Assembly (NCBI GenBank): GCA_048885925.1
Contig: JBHLLG010000022.1
Span: 1 to 44,374 of the forward strand
Origin: Candidatus Hermodarchaeota archaeon
GTDB lineage: Archaea > Asgardarchaeota > Lokiarchaeia > Sigyniarchaeales > SOKP01
Direction: 5' to 3'
Length of the DNA: 44,374 nt
Shown here: positions 27,699 to 37,765 of the stretch, piece by piece
Numbering within the stretch: the first letter of the stretch is position 1
Layout of the letters: the number at the start of each line of letters is the position of its first letter
The notes under the pieces: model-generated
Seen by the model: the letters and a program-made list of their open reading frames with translations, nothing else
What the model was told of the DNA's origin: nothing
Database searches by the model: none
Translations under genes and position numbers: made by a program

Positions 27699-28064
27699 AT
27701 GGAAAAATCCAATAAAAAGAATAATCTAAGTCACAATCTCTTCGTATATGGTACATTACAACATGGACAAAGTCGAAATTATATCCTTAAAGGAATAAAA
27801 TATGAAAAAGCAACTCTGTTAAAATATAGAAAGGTAGAACCTATTTCCTTGGGATTCCCATTCATTATTAAAGATAATAACTCTAATGTTAAAGGAGAGA
27901 TATATTATGACGTTGGACAATTTGTTATTAATCAAATAGACATGATTGAAGGAGAAGGAAGGTTATATCATAGAATTTTAGTGAAAGTGAAATTAGATGA
28001 TGGAAGAGAAACAGAAGCCTATACATATTACCCCTCTGAGGTGCTAATTAAAAATTATACATAA
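27699..28064 (+). CDS. Gamma-glutamylcyclotransferase (GGACT/AIG2/BtrG-like)
   Basis: LFVYGTL..G, V.GE.Y, D..EG...Y.R, A..Y motifs with the catalytic Glu. Confidence 0.9.
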   Translation: MEKSNKKNNLSHNLFVYGTLQHGQSRNYILKGIKYEKATLLKYRKVEPISLGFPFIIKDNNSNVKGEIYYDVGQFVINQIDMIEGEGRLYHRILVKVKLDDGRETEAYTYYPSEVLIKNYT

Positions 28065-28084
28065 ATTAGAGAAGGAGATAATGA

Positions 28085-28816
28085 ATGGTTGAAGAAGATT
28101 CGTTTAAAAATGAAAATGTAAGTCAAATACTTCTCATCGATAATTATTCTCGAGGTTTTCCTACAGATAGAATAACACGAATAGAAACAATTATAAATGA
28201 TTGCATAGCCCCAGTAGAGTTAAAAACTGTCCATTTTACTCAATTTAAAAAAGAAATGATAGAAGATTATATTGGGATTATTCTCTCGGGCTCTGAATTA
28301 AATGTCTCTAGCTTTTATTATGATGATAAAGTTAAAAGAAAATTTAAAGCTCAATTAGAAGTAATCCAAGAAACTGATCAAATACCAATCCTTGCATTAT
28401 GCTTTGGCTTTCATTTAGTTGGTTATGCATTTGGAGCTCAAATCAGTAGGATGGGATTGTTTGGATTAGGAGGGAGGATCGTTTTTATTTTACTTAAAGA
28501 AACAGATGAATTAATAACTCAAAAAAACATTCCCGTTAATGTTCATCACCTAGATTTTATTTCTCCTAATGATTGTAAAATTCAAAAAAATTTCAATATT
28601 GTCAGTATTTCTAGAACATTAGGATATAGAATTGTTCAATATATGAAACATTATGATAAACCAATTTTTGCAGTTCAATTTCACCCAGAAACGCATAATC
28701 CTTATTATTTTCATTCAAGCTTATTTGATGAGAGGATTGAAGAAAAAACAAGAACTACTGGAGAGAGAATAATAGAAAATTTCATATGGATGTGTTGTTA
28801 TAAGAAGAACCATTAA
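28085..28816 (+). CDS. Class I glutamine amidotransferase-like (possible gamma-glutamyl hydrolase)
   Basis: LLIDNY, IILSGS, PIL.LCFG (Cys nucleophile), VQFHPE (His-Glu). Confidence 0.85.
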   Translation: MVEEDSFKNENVSQILLIDNYSRGFPTDRITRIETIINDCIAPVELKTVHFTQFKKEMIEDYIGIILSGSELNVSSFYYDDKVKRKFKAQLEVIQETDQIPILALCFGFHLVGYAFGAQISRMGLFGLGGRIVFILLKETDELITQKNIPVNVHHLDFISPNDCKIQKNFNIVSISRTLGYRIVQYMKHYDKPIFAVQFHPETHNPYYFHSSLFDERIEEKTRTTGERIIENFIWMCCYKKNH

Positions 28817-28863
28817 ATCTTTTTATAAGAAAGAATAGAAGAGATTAAATGACAAATAAATTA

Positions 28864-29343
28864 TCATTGTTCTTTTGGAAAGAACAATTTTCTTCCTGAA
28901 TGTACTGATTCAAAATAATCCTTATATTTTTTGATGTCTTCATGAATTTCTTCTAATTCTTCCTTTTCCAACATACTATTGAAAATTTTCTTGGTGGATA
29001 GGTATAATTTAGGAACAAATGTATCTATTTGAGATAATTGATAAGCTAATTCCTTGATGGAAGAAAAGTCTAACTTTAAATTAATTTCTTTTCGTTTTAT
29101 TTTTTCAATTATCTTTTTCTCAAATTTTCTTCTAGATATGTTACTCCATGTTAATTCATATAAGAAATAATTAACAGATTGAACTGTTTCGGTTAAAAAA
29201 GCGGTTCCTGTCGCTATAACAAGGTTTCCTGTAATTAAGTAGACCGTTAAAGTCCCTAGAACTAATGTTATTGATCTATAAATTATACTTTTAATGACAC
29301 TTTCTTTCCACTTAATCTTATATAATTTCTTTTTAGTTTTCAT
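28864..29343 (-). CDS. DUF2061-type membrane protein with soluble C-terminal extension
   Basis: S.IKSI.YR.......V..ITG....A.......YFLYE..W pattern. Confidence 0.65.
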   Translation of the reverse strand: MKTKKKLYKIKWKESVIKSIIYRSITLVLGTLTVYLITGNLVIATGTAFLTETVQSVNYFLYELTWSNISRRKFEKKIIEKIKRKEINLKLDFSSIKELAYQLSQIDTFVPKLYLSTKKIFNSMLEKEELEEIHEDIKKYKDYFESVHSGRKLFFPKEQ

Positions 29344-29580
29344 CTCGTAATAATTATTAATCTAATTTTATAAGAATTAATATTATATCAAAATAATTGT
29401 AGGATAATACACGATATTACAATTTTAAATTCACTTTAAAAATATGAATTATATTAATTGAAAAATCTTTAAGTAAATTAATTAATTCTCATAAATTTAA
29501 ATAGAATTTCATGATTTAATTTAAATTGTAGACTCTTTACTCGCAAAAATAATAATTTAATTTATTAGAGCCCTAGCAAA

Positions 29581-30936
29581 ATGAGCATATACGCAGACGA
29601 TGTCGTAAATTTTACATCTGTTCTAAAAATTGCATATAATTTTTTAACTGGTAGAGATTATTTACAAAAAAAGAAGTCGAAAGAAAGAAAGACGTTAATT
29701 TCGGTAGCTTCTGGTTTTCCTGATTTAGTATTCGCAGCAGATTCGATTCCTGTTTTTCCAATTCGTATGGAAAAGTTTAAGCTCAATATGTATTTACTTG
29801 CGTTAAATTCGGCTACAAGTCTATTTGGGTGGGATCTTACTACTAAATTATTGGGAATTGCCAAACAAGTAGATTTCTTAAAAATAGTTGATAATGTATT
29901 AAATGATGTTATTAATACAATTAATGCCAGATACAATTTACTCTATGGTTTGGCAGTTAAAAAGAATGTATCTACAAACTTTTGTTTTGGTGTTAAATCT
30001 ATCTATGGAATGCATATTTCAGAATCAAATGACTGTAATTATTCACTAAATTTTACGATAAGGTGCAATAAATATAATGAATATCTTAAATCACTAAGAG
30101 CAATAATTCCAAATCAAATATGGGTTGAAATTCCTCAAGTTAAAAATGAAAATGAGGAACAATCCTTAGAAATTATGGTTAATAACTTACAAAATGCTGT
30201 CAAAGAATTAGAAAATGTTACTGGAAATTTGGTGACTGATAACAGTTTACAAAAACAATTTAGAATTGGAAATCAAGTAAAGCGATATTATAAAACAATT
30301 CTTTATGATATAGGTACTTCAAATTTCTATCCTTGTAATCCGGCTACTTTTGCCGAAATTTTAGCCCTTCTAACAATCTCATTCCAAGATTACAATTCAA
30401 ATGCTCAGAGATATTTAGAAAACTTAAGTCAACTAGTGAAAGAAATGAGGGAACGTATTGACAGACATGTTGGGATTGACGTAACTAATATGCCAAGGAT
30501 TTTAGTATCTCCAATATTTAATGGCTGGGAACCAGAAACTCAAGAAATTATCTACCAATTTGGAGGGAAAGTAATTTATTCAGATTGGGATTTCTTAGGT
30601 TTATTAGAAGAAATTCCTGTTTCGAAGAGTTCTGATCCAATTGAAGAATATGCTCGTTTCCTCTTAAACGCTTCAGATAGAGGTTTACAATGTATAAATA
30701 ATTGCGAAATATTAGTCAATTCTTACAAAAATTACATTAAGAAAGCAAGATTTAATGGTCTTGTTATTAATCAATTAACTGATTGCCACATGGGTTCCAA
30801 CTGTTTCGATTTATTAAAAAATAAAATTATGAATGAACTCAGAATACCTGCAATTGGTATCAATTTTAAAAAGATTGGCGAAAATGTTGAAGAGATAAAA
30901 CTTAAACTAAAATCTTTTATGCAGTTATTTGATTAA
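29581..30936 (+). CDS. 2-hydroxyacyl-CoA dehydratase family subunit, paralogue of 24761..26119
   Basis: Colinear: AYN.LTGRDYL, PVFPIR, FYPCNPATF.EIL, SFQDYNSNA.RY, GWEP, KIGENVE. Confidence 0.8.
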   Translation: MSIYADDVVNFTSVLKIAYNFLTGRDYLQKKKSKERKTLISVASGFPDLVFAADSIPVFPIRMEKFKLNMYLLALNSATSLFGWDLTTKLLGIAKQVDFLKIVDNVLNDVINTINARYNLLYGLAVKKNVSTNFCFGVKSIYGMHISESNDCNYSLNFTIRCNKYNEYLKSLRAIIPNQIWVEIPQVKNENEEQSLEIMVNNLQNAVKELENVTGNLVTDNSLQKQFRIGNQVKRYYKTILYDIGTSNFYPCNPATFAEILALLTISFQDYNSNAQRYLENLSQLVKEMRERIDRHVGIDVTNMPRILVSPIFNGWEPETQEIIYQFGGKVIYSDWDFLGLLEEIPVSKSSDPIEEYARFLLNASDRGLQCINNCEILVNSYKNYIKKARFNGLVINQLTDCHMGSNCFDLLKNKIMNELRIPAIGINFKKIGENVEEIKLKLKSFMQLFD

Positions 30937-30941
30937 ATTAT

Positions 30942-31514
30942 TTAGGTACCAAAAAAGTCAGATGGCTTTAAAAGGTGCTGATCCTCTTCTTTTTGCTTCT
31001 TGGCTTTTTCATGGGGATCTACCCATTCAGGTTCGCCTGTTGAAGCTTTTGCTGTTGTAGCTCCAGGGACTTTTAAAATAGGTGGATTCAAACTAATTCC
31101 AGCTGAAATAGGTTCTGGTTGTTGACCTGCCGCAACTGATTGAGGTTGACCAAATATTATACCTCCGGCTTTTAAAACTTTCAATTCGCTTAGGATTTTT
31201 TCTAAATTCATCGTTTGCACACTTTTATTCATTGTATCCATAATTTCTTTTAAAGAGGTTGAGGTTTCTCTTAATCCTTTAGGATTAATTCCTGTAAGCA
31301 GGGAATCTAAGTTAGCAGTAATACTTTCATTTAGATTCTTTAGTGTTTCGAGTACAGTTGCCCAATGTTTATTCATTTGAGATTCAATGGCACTAATCAT
31401 TTTTACAACCTCATTCATGAATGTTACATGTGAATTATATCTTTCCTCATCCTTTGACCTTAAATCGGAAATTAGCATAATAAGCTTCTTTAAGGCTTCT
31501 TTTTCTTCACTCAT
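30942..31514 (-). CDS. Hypothetical protein (helical N-terminus, Pro/Ala-rich tail)
   Basis: Intact 190-aa ORF with AGAGGA SD; no recognised motif. Confidence 0.65.
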   Translation of the reverse strand: MSEEKEALKKLIMLISDLRSKDEERYNSHVTFMNEVVKMISAIESQMNKHWATVLETLKNLNESITANLDSLLTGINPKGLRETSTSLKEIMDTMNKSVQTMNLEKILSELKVLKAGGIIFGQPQSVAAGQQPEPISAGISLNPPILKVPGATTAKASTGEPEWVDPHEKAKKQKEEDQHLLKPSDFFGT

Positions 31515-31740
31515 TAATTATCCTCTTAATTGTTTATCTATTGAAATTATAATTATTTTGAAATTTATACTTTTGTAATAATAACTAATTTCTTTTAAAA
31601 GAAAGTATTTGACATTTTAAATTGGCTAAAAATAAATATTTTCTATATAAACAAGATTAATTTATATTCTGTAGATGTTTATATAATAAAGTAAGAAATC
31701 TGATCTTAATTCAATAAAATGCAAAGTTTTTGATATTAAA

Positions 31741-33231
31741 ATGACATTAAAAAGTAAGAAATGGCCAAAAAATCCTATAATCTATGAGATTAATACTTTG
31801 CCTTGGCTTCATTTTCTTTCTGAGAATTTTAAGAGGGCTATTACTTTAAAAAACATTCCCAATGAAATTTTTAATCAAGAAATTAGATTTTTCGATGCGA
31901 TATGGTTGATGGGTGTCTGGGAGAGAAGTCCTGTAAGTAAAAAAATAGCTCTCGAACATCCAGATTTACAGAAAGAATATAAAAAAGCCATTCCTGATTT
32001 GAGAGATGAAGATGTTGTAGGATCACCATATTCGGTTTTTTATTATCATATAAATAAAAATATTGGTGGAATTGATGGATTAAAGGAAATAAGAAAAAAA
32101 TTATCTGAAAGAGAGATTCGGTTAATATTAGATTACGTTCCTAACCATGTGTCAATTGATTCATTATGGACATTTGAACCAGAATTATTCATTGAAGGGT
32201 CCTTAAAGGATTTAATGTCCCACCCCTATGATTATTTCAGTATAGGAAAGAAGGTATTTGCTTATGGTCGCGATCCTAATTTTCCTGCATGGACAGATTG
32301 CATTCAGCTTAACGTTTTTTCTAAAGAAATGCGTCAAAAAAGTATTAGCACATTATTAAATATCGCTGAATTTTGTGATGGTGTACGCTGTGATATGGCA
32401 ATGTTAATGACTAATAAGGTATTTAGTAGGACTTGGGGCGAAAAATTGGGTCCTCCTCCAGAAAAAGAGTTTTGGGAAGAAATAATTCCAACTATAAAGA
32501 AAGAATATCCAAATTTTATATTTATAGCAGAAGTTTATTGGGATATGGAATGGGAACTCCAACAGCAAGGATTTGATTTTTGTTATGATAAGAGATTGTA
32601 TGACAGATTAGTTCATCAGGATGCGAATACAATAAAAAACTATCTTATGGCTGATTGGGCTTATCAGAGTAAACTTTTAAGATTTATTGAAAACCATGAT
32701 GAATTAAGGGCTATAGATCAATTTGGAGAAAAAAAGTCTATGGCTGCTGCCATTATAACATTAACATTACCAGGAGCAAAGTTAATTTATGAAGGTCAAA
32801 CTCGTGGTCATAAAATAAAATTACCAGTTCAATTAGGAAGAAATCCTTTTGAACAAGATAATAAAACAATTTATGAATTCTATAATGATTTATTAAAATC
32901 AATTCCTGGAAGAGAGTATCAAGGTGCTAGTTGGACTTTATGTAAAACAGAATCTGTTGGTTCCGATGATTCTTCATTTTTAAACGTTATTTCCTATTTA
33001 TGGTCTACGAATAATAAATATCGACTTATTGTTGTTAATTATAGTCAAGATCCTTCAAAAGCTCATGTAAGAATAAAACCATTTCATTTTAATACTTCTA
33101 AATGGAAATTCACTGATCTACTTTCACAGAAATCATATACTTATAATGGAGAAGATTTATATAAATATGGTTTATATGTTGAACTAGATTCCTGGAATGG
33201 TCATATTTTTGATATAGGGAAAGAAAAATAG
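31741..33231 (+). CDS. GH13 alpha-amylase family glycosidase
   Basis: GSPYS, LDYVPNH, DGVRCDMA (nucleophile Asp), AEVYW (Glu), FIENHDE (Asp). Confidence 0.92.
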   Translation: MTLKSKKWPKNPIIYEINTLPWLHFLSENFKRAITLKNIPNEIFNQEIRFFDAIWLMGVWERSPVSKKIALEHPDLQKEYKKAIPDLRDEDVVGSPYSVFYYHINKNIGGIDGLKEIRKKLSEREIRLILDYVPNHVSIDSLWTFEPELFIEGSLKDLMSHPYDYFSIGKKVFAYGRDPNFPAWTDCIQLNVFSKEMRQKSISTLLNIAEFCDGVRCDMAMLMTNKVFSRTWGEKLGPPPEKEFWEEIIPTIKKEYPNFIFIAEVYWDMEWELQQQGFDFCYDKRLYDRLVHQDANTIKNYLMADWAYQSKLLRFIENHDELRAIDQFGEKKSMAAAIITLTLPGAKLIYEGQTRGHKIKLPVQLGRNPFEQDNKTIYEFYNDLLKSIPGREYQGASWTLCKTESVGSDDSSFLNVISYLWSTNNKYRLIVVNYSQDPSKAHVRIKPFHFNTSKWKFTDLLSQKSYTYNGEDLYKYGLYVELDSWNGHIFDIGKEK

Positions 33232-33264
33232 AAAGTCTTTAGGCACTTTACTAAAGAATAGTGA

Positions 33265-33278
33265 GAAGCTTTTAATAA
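33265..33278 (+). promoter_or_regulatory. Putative BRE/TATA promoter of glmU (leaderless spacing)
   Basis: GAAGCT-TTTAATAA about 22-29 nt before ATG 33300, the same geometry as upstream of endA. Confidence 0.4.
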
Positions 33279-33299
33279 AATAATCAATTAATTTCTTTT

Positions 33300-34595
33300 A
33301 TGAAAGCTGTTATATTAGCTGCAGGCAAAGGAAAAAGATTAATGCCGATAACATCTTCTCGTCCTAAACCTATGATACCTCTTGCTAATAAACCAATGCT
33401 AGAATATACTATTTTAGGTTTGAAAAATTCAGGAATAAACGAGATTTTATTAATAGTTGGGTATAAAGAAGAAGTTATTAGAGAATATTTCGGTAATGGT
33501 CAAGATAAATTCAATATTAATATAAACTATATTACTCAAGAAAAGCAATTAGGGACTGGAAATGCTGTAAGTTTTGCTAAAGATTTTGTAAATAATGAGC
33601 CATTTTTGCTTATGTATGGAGATTTAATGATTGATCCTAAAATCTTTAAGGAAGTTTTAGAAAAATTTAATAACGCTAAAATTGAAGGATTAATTTCATT
33701 ATTGGAAGTAAATAATCCTCAAGAGTTTGGAGTAATTTCACTTAATTCTGATGGTTATGTAGAAAGGATTACTGAAAAACCAATTCCAGAATTAAATTTA
33801 GGTAATTTAGTGAATGCTGGAATATATATTTTTGATCCTTTAATATTTAAAGCTATTGAAAGAACAAAAAAGTCGATAAGAGGTGAATATGAATTTACAG
33901 ATTCAATGCAAATTTTAATTGATGAATTAGGTGGAAATATTTTAGGATATATTATAAAGGATTATTTTTGGAGTGATATTGGCTTACCTTGGCAATTATT
34001 TGATGCGAATTCATTCGTTTTAGATCGAATAGAAAGAAAAATTCTCGGAAAAATCGAAGAGAATGTTCATATTTTTGGAAATGTATATATTGGGAAAAAT
34101 GCAAATGTAAAATCAGGTAGCTATATTCAAGGACCATGTTATATAGGGGAAAACACATTAATTGGACCTAATGCCTTTTTAAGACCCTATACTTCTGTAG
34201 GAGATAATTGTCATATTGGTATTAGTGAAGTTAAAAATTCTCTAATTTTCTCTAAATCAAATGTTCCTCATTTCAATTATGTAGGAGATTCAATCGTATG
34301 CGAAAATGTAAATCTTGGTGCTGGTTCAAAAACATCCAATTTAAGATTCGATAATAAGAGTGTTAAAGTTACAATTGAGGGAAAATTAATTGATTCGGGT
34401 AGGAGAAAATTAGGTGCTTTTATTGGTCCGAATGTACAAACTGGGATTAATGCAAGTGTAATGTGTGGGAAAAAGATTGGTGAAAATTCTGTAATAGGAG
34501 CCCACACGTTAGTTGTTGAAGATGTTGCAGCTAATACTCTTTATTATCACGACCCATATGAAGGTATTAAAATGAAGGAAAATCCATTTTATTAA
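33300..34595 (+). CDS. glmU: Archaeal bifunctional sugar-1-phosphate nucleotidyltransferase/acetyltransferase (GlmU)
   Basis: LAAGKGKRL.P...PKPM, EKP, hexapeptide-repeat domain, H..YVGDS, GRRKLGA. Confidence 0.92.
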   Translation: MKAVILAAGKGKRLMPITSSRPKPMIPLANKPMLEYTILGLKNSGINEILLIVGYKEEVIREYFGNGQDKFNININYITQEKQLGTGNAVSFAKDFVNNEPFLLMYGDLMIDPKIFKEVLEKFNNAKIEGLISLLEVNNPQEFGVISLNSDGYVERITEKPIPELNLGNLVNAGIYIFDPLIFKAIERTKKSIRGEYEFTDSMQILIDELGGNILGYIIKDYFWSDIGLPWQLFDANSFVLDRIERKILGKIEENVHIFGNVYIGKNANVKSGSYIQGPCYIGENTLIGPNAFLRPYTSVGDNCHIGISEVKNSLIFSKSNVPHFNYVGDSIVCENVNLGAGSKTSNLRFDNKSVKVTIEGKLIDSGRRKLGAFIGPNVQTGINASVMCGKKIGENSVIGAHTLVVEDVAANTLYYHDPYEGIKMKENPFY

Positions 34596-34598
34596 AAC

Positions 34599-36449
34599 TT
34601 AATGAACTGTAACAGTTTTAGATAGATTGAGTGGTTTATCTGGATCTAGTCCGTGATATAAAGAAGTATAATATGCTAATAATTGTAAGGCAGGAGTAAA
34701 AGTTATCGGACTAAAAATACTATGATATTTGTCTCCAGGTTGGGGTATTCGAATGGATATATCACTTAATTTAGAAATAATATTATCATTCTCAACAACA
34801 AGAGAAATAATTTTACCCCCTCTTGCCTTGAATTCCATAACATTTCCAATTAATCGTTGATAAGTCTCATCAGGGGGAGCTATAAATATAATAGGAAATC
34901 CTTCTCTGACTAAAGAAATTGGGCCATGCTTAGCATGTGCAGCTGAATAACCTTCAATAAAACGGCATGCAACTTCTTTTAGTTTCAAACCCCCTTCTTT
35001 AGCAGTAGCAATTGAGATACCTCTTGCTAAAAAGAAAAAATTTGCACTTTTCTGTAAAGTCTTCACTATATCTTTAATTTGTTCTACATTCGTTTTTAAA
35101 AAGGTTTCAATAATTTGAGGAGTTGATTCTAAAGCTTTTTGATAATTTTTAATTTCTGATTGGGATTCAATCTTTCTTAATTTTGCTATTTCAAGGGCAA
35201 TTAAAGCTAAAGTTAGTACTTGAGTACAATAAGTTTTCGTTGCTGCAACACCAATCTCGGGTCCTGCTTGAGTTACAATAACATAGTCAGAATATCGGGT
35301 AAGAGTAGAACCTACCACATTTGTAATTGTTAATATTTTTACTTTTTTATTACTTTTAGCCCATCTAATAGCCTCTATAGTATCAATTGTTTCACCTGAT
35401 TGAGAAATTGCAATTATTACAGATTCATCTTTTAATGAATTAGATAATTGTGTTTGGAATTCTGAACATTCAATAGCTTGAATATATTTACCCAAAAATC
35501 TTGTAATTATAAATTTTCCAGCTAAAGAAGCGTAAAAAGAAGTTCCTGCTGCAGTAATATAAATATTTTCAGCTGACCATAATATATTCGCAAAAATGTA
35601 TAAAAGATCATTTGAAATTTTCAAAGTACGATTTAGTGCACTTGGTTCTTCATATATTTCTTTTAACATAAAATGTTCATAACCTCCCTTTTCTGCTGCA
35701 TCAATACTCCATTCAATCAACTGTAATTCTTTCTCAACCTTTTTATTAGTTTTAATATCAAAAAATTCAACCTCCCCCGCTTTTAAAACAGCAAGTTCAT
35801 CATCATCCATAATATAGCATTTTCTTGTTAATGGCAGAAAAGCAGGAATATCTGAAGCACAATAAGTTGATTTTCCCTCTTCTATTCCTATTACCAAAGG
35901 AGATTCTTTTCTAACTACTATAATTGAGTTGGGGTAATCACTATGACAAATAGCTATACCATATGCTCCTTCACATAACTTTAATGCTTCAATTACAGAA
36001 TCCTTAAGATTTAAACCTTCCTTCATCTTTCTTTCGATTAAATGAGGAATAACTTCAGTATCTGTATCAGATTTAAAAATATGACCTTCTTTAATAAGAG
36101 CTTTCCTTAATTCTAAAAAGTTGTCTATAATCCCATTATGAACAACTGCAATTTTACTAAAGCAATCTAAGTGTGGATGACTATTCTTTTTTGTAGGTGC
36201 TCCATGAGTCGCCCATCTTGTATGCGCGAGAGCAAGTTTAGAATTATCTGGAACTTCTGTTAAATTTATTTTTTTTTGAATTTCATCAATTTTTCCAGAA
36301 TCTTTTTTTACATATAATTGGGATTTCGAGAGAGTGACAATTCCACATGAGTCATATCCTCGATATTCTAAACGTTTAATTCCTTCAAAAACAAGTTTAC
36401 CTAAAGCGATATTGTCTTGATTAGTTATTATACCAAAAATTCCACACAT
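34599..36449 (-). CDS. glmS: Glutamine--fructose-6-phosphate aminotransferase (isomerising)
   Basis: True start MCGIFG (ATG 36449; N-terminal Cys), LEYRGYDS, HTRWATHG, HNGII, SQSGET, LKLKE, NLSKTVTV. Confidence 0.96.
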   Translation of the reverse strand: MCGIFGIITNQDNIALGKLVFEGIKRLEYRGYDSCGIVTLSKSQLYVKKDSGKIDEIQKKINLTEVPDNSKLALAHTRWATHGAPTKKNSHPHLDCFSKIAVVHNGIIDNFLELRKALIKEGHIFKSDTDTEVIPHLIERKMKEGLNLKDSVIEALKLCEGAYGIAICHSDYPNSIIVVRKESPLVIGIEEGKSTYCASDIPAFLPLTRKCYIMDDDELAVLKAGEVEFFDIKTNKKVEKELQLIEWSIDAAEKGGYEHFMLKEIYEEPSALNRTLKISNDLLYIFANILWSAENIYITAAGTSFYASLAGKFIITRFLGKYIQAIECSEFQTQLSNSLKDESVIIAISQSGETIDTIEAIRWAKSNKKVKILTITNVVGSTLTRYSDYVIVTQAGPEIGVAATKTYCTQVLTLALIALEIAKLRKIESQSEIKNYQKALESTPQIIETFLKTNVEQIKDIVKTLQKSANFFFLARGISIATAKEGGLKLKEVACRFIEGYSAAHAKHGPISLVREGFPIIFIAPPDETYQRLIGNVMEFKARGGKIISLVVENDNIISKLSDISIRIPQPGDKYHSIFSPITFTPALQLLAYYTSLYHGLDPDKPLNLSKTVTVH

Positions 36450-36689
36450 TTTAAAATAGAAATGTATCAAAAGTATTTTAAATTAATCGTTGCCAAAAGA
36501 AATAATCATTAAAGTTTCTATCTAGTTTTTTTAATGTACTTAATTTTTAAAGATAAATTTCTAAAGAGTCTTATCTAAAAATCCATTTATATGCTTCTTT
36601 CAAAAATTAATTCATTAACCTTTTATATGAATAACTTCTTTTTAGTCTAAAACTCCGTTTTACAATTTCAAATAATATGTGGATTAATT

Positions 36690-37646
36690 ATGCCTATTAA
36701 AGTTATAATAACAAAAGATTTTGATCTTATGAGTAAAATAGCTGCTGGAATAGTTAAAGAGAAGATCGTTCAGAAGCTACAAAAAGAAAAAGAATTTATA
36801 TTAGGATTAGCAACAGGAAACTCACCGATAGGTGTTTATAAATATTTGGTCAAAATGGCTAATGCAGGTGAATTTGATAGCTCTCGTATTCGTAGTTTCA
36901 ATCTTGATGAATATATCGGCCTTGTTGGGGAAAATCCACAACAACGTACAATGCATCCAGAGAGCTACTGCTTTTTTATGATTCAAGAGTTTTTTGGACT
37001 CCTCAAAAATAAATTCATTGAAACAGCCTTGCCTTATGGTTCCTTGATTGAACAAGAAAAATTAATAAAAGAACTCAAAAAGCACAAGGAAGATTGGAAG
37101 GAATTAGGTAAATATGGGGGTAAATCAATAATGATTAAAGAAAATCCAAATTCGGAATATTTAAATTGGATTTGTAAAGAAATATTAGAAGGATATGCTC
37201 AAAAAATTGAGAATACTGGCGGTATTGATTTACAAATTATAGGTGTTGGAGGTCGCGGTCATGTAGCATTCCATGAATCTGGAATTCCATTTGAAGGTAG
37301 TAGAGTTTTATTGATAAAACTTGATGATAATACTGTTCAAAATTCTGTTATTGATGGACATTTCTCTTCGAAAGACCAAGCCCCTCTTTATGCCGTCAGT
37401 ATGGGTGCTGAATTAGTTTATAAAGCAAAAACAGTAATACTATTAGCTAATGGAGAACGAAAAGTAGAAGCGGTTACGAGATCATTACTAGAAAATCCAA
37501 CCCCAGATGTGCCAATTTCCTACGGTCAGATCTATTCAAATAAAGGTGGTGATCTAATTTACGTAATAGACAAAATAGCTGGTCAAAAACTTCTCTCCAA
37601 TAAAAGCATACTAGAGCAAAAGGGAATTGAAATTAAAGAATTATGA
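36690..37646 (+). CDS. nagB: Glucosamine-6-phosphate deaminase (NagB family) with internal insertion
   Basis: LGLATGNSP, FNLDEY, HPESY..FM, GGIDLQI.GVG..GHVAF.E, A.SMG. Confidence 0.85.
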   Translation: MPIKVIITKDFDLMSKIAAGIVKEKIVQKLQKEKEFILGLATGNSPIGVYKYLVKMANAGEFDSSRIRSFNLDEYIGLVGENPQQRTMHPESYCFFMIQEFFGLLKNKFIETALPYGSLIEQEKLIKELKKHKEDWKELGKYGGKSIMIKENPNSEYLNWICKEILEGYAQKIENTGGIDLQIIGVGGRGHVAFHESGIPFEGSRVLLIKLDDNTVQNSVIDGHFSSKDQAPLYAVSMGAELVYKAKTVILLANGERKVEAVTRSLLENPTPDVPISYGQIYSNKGGDLIYVIDKIAGQKLLSNKSILEQKGIEIKEL

Positions 37647-37765
37647 TTATGTAAAAGAGTTTTTTATTTTTTACTTAGTTTTTTAATTAAATTATATTAT
37701 TGAATTATTTATATTAAAAAAATCCTATAAATGAATTTTTGACTCTAAAAATTAGAACTGAAATT

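Noticed and set aside
36450-36689. glmS ribozyme upstream of glmS
   Set aside because: The region is AT-rich with no recognisable paired core; not supported without a covariance search.
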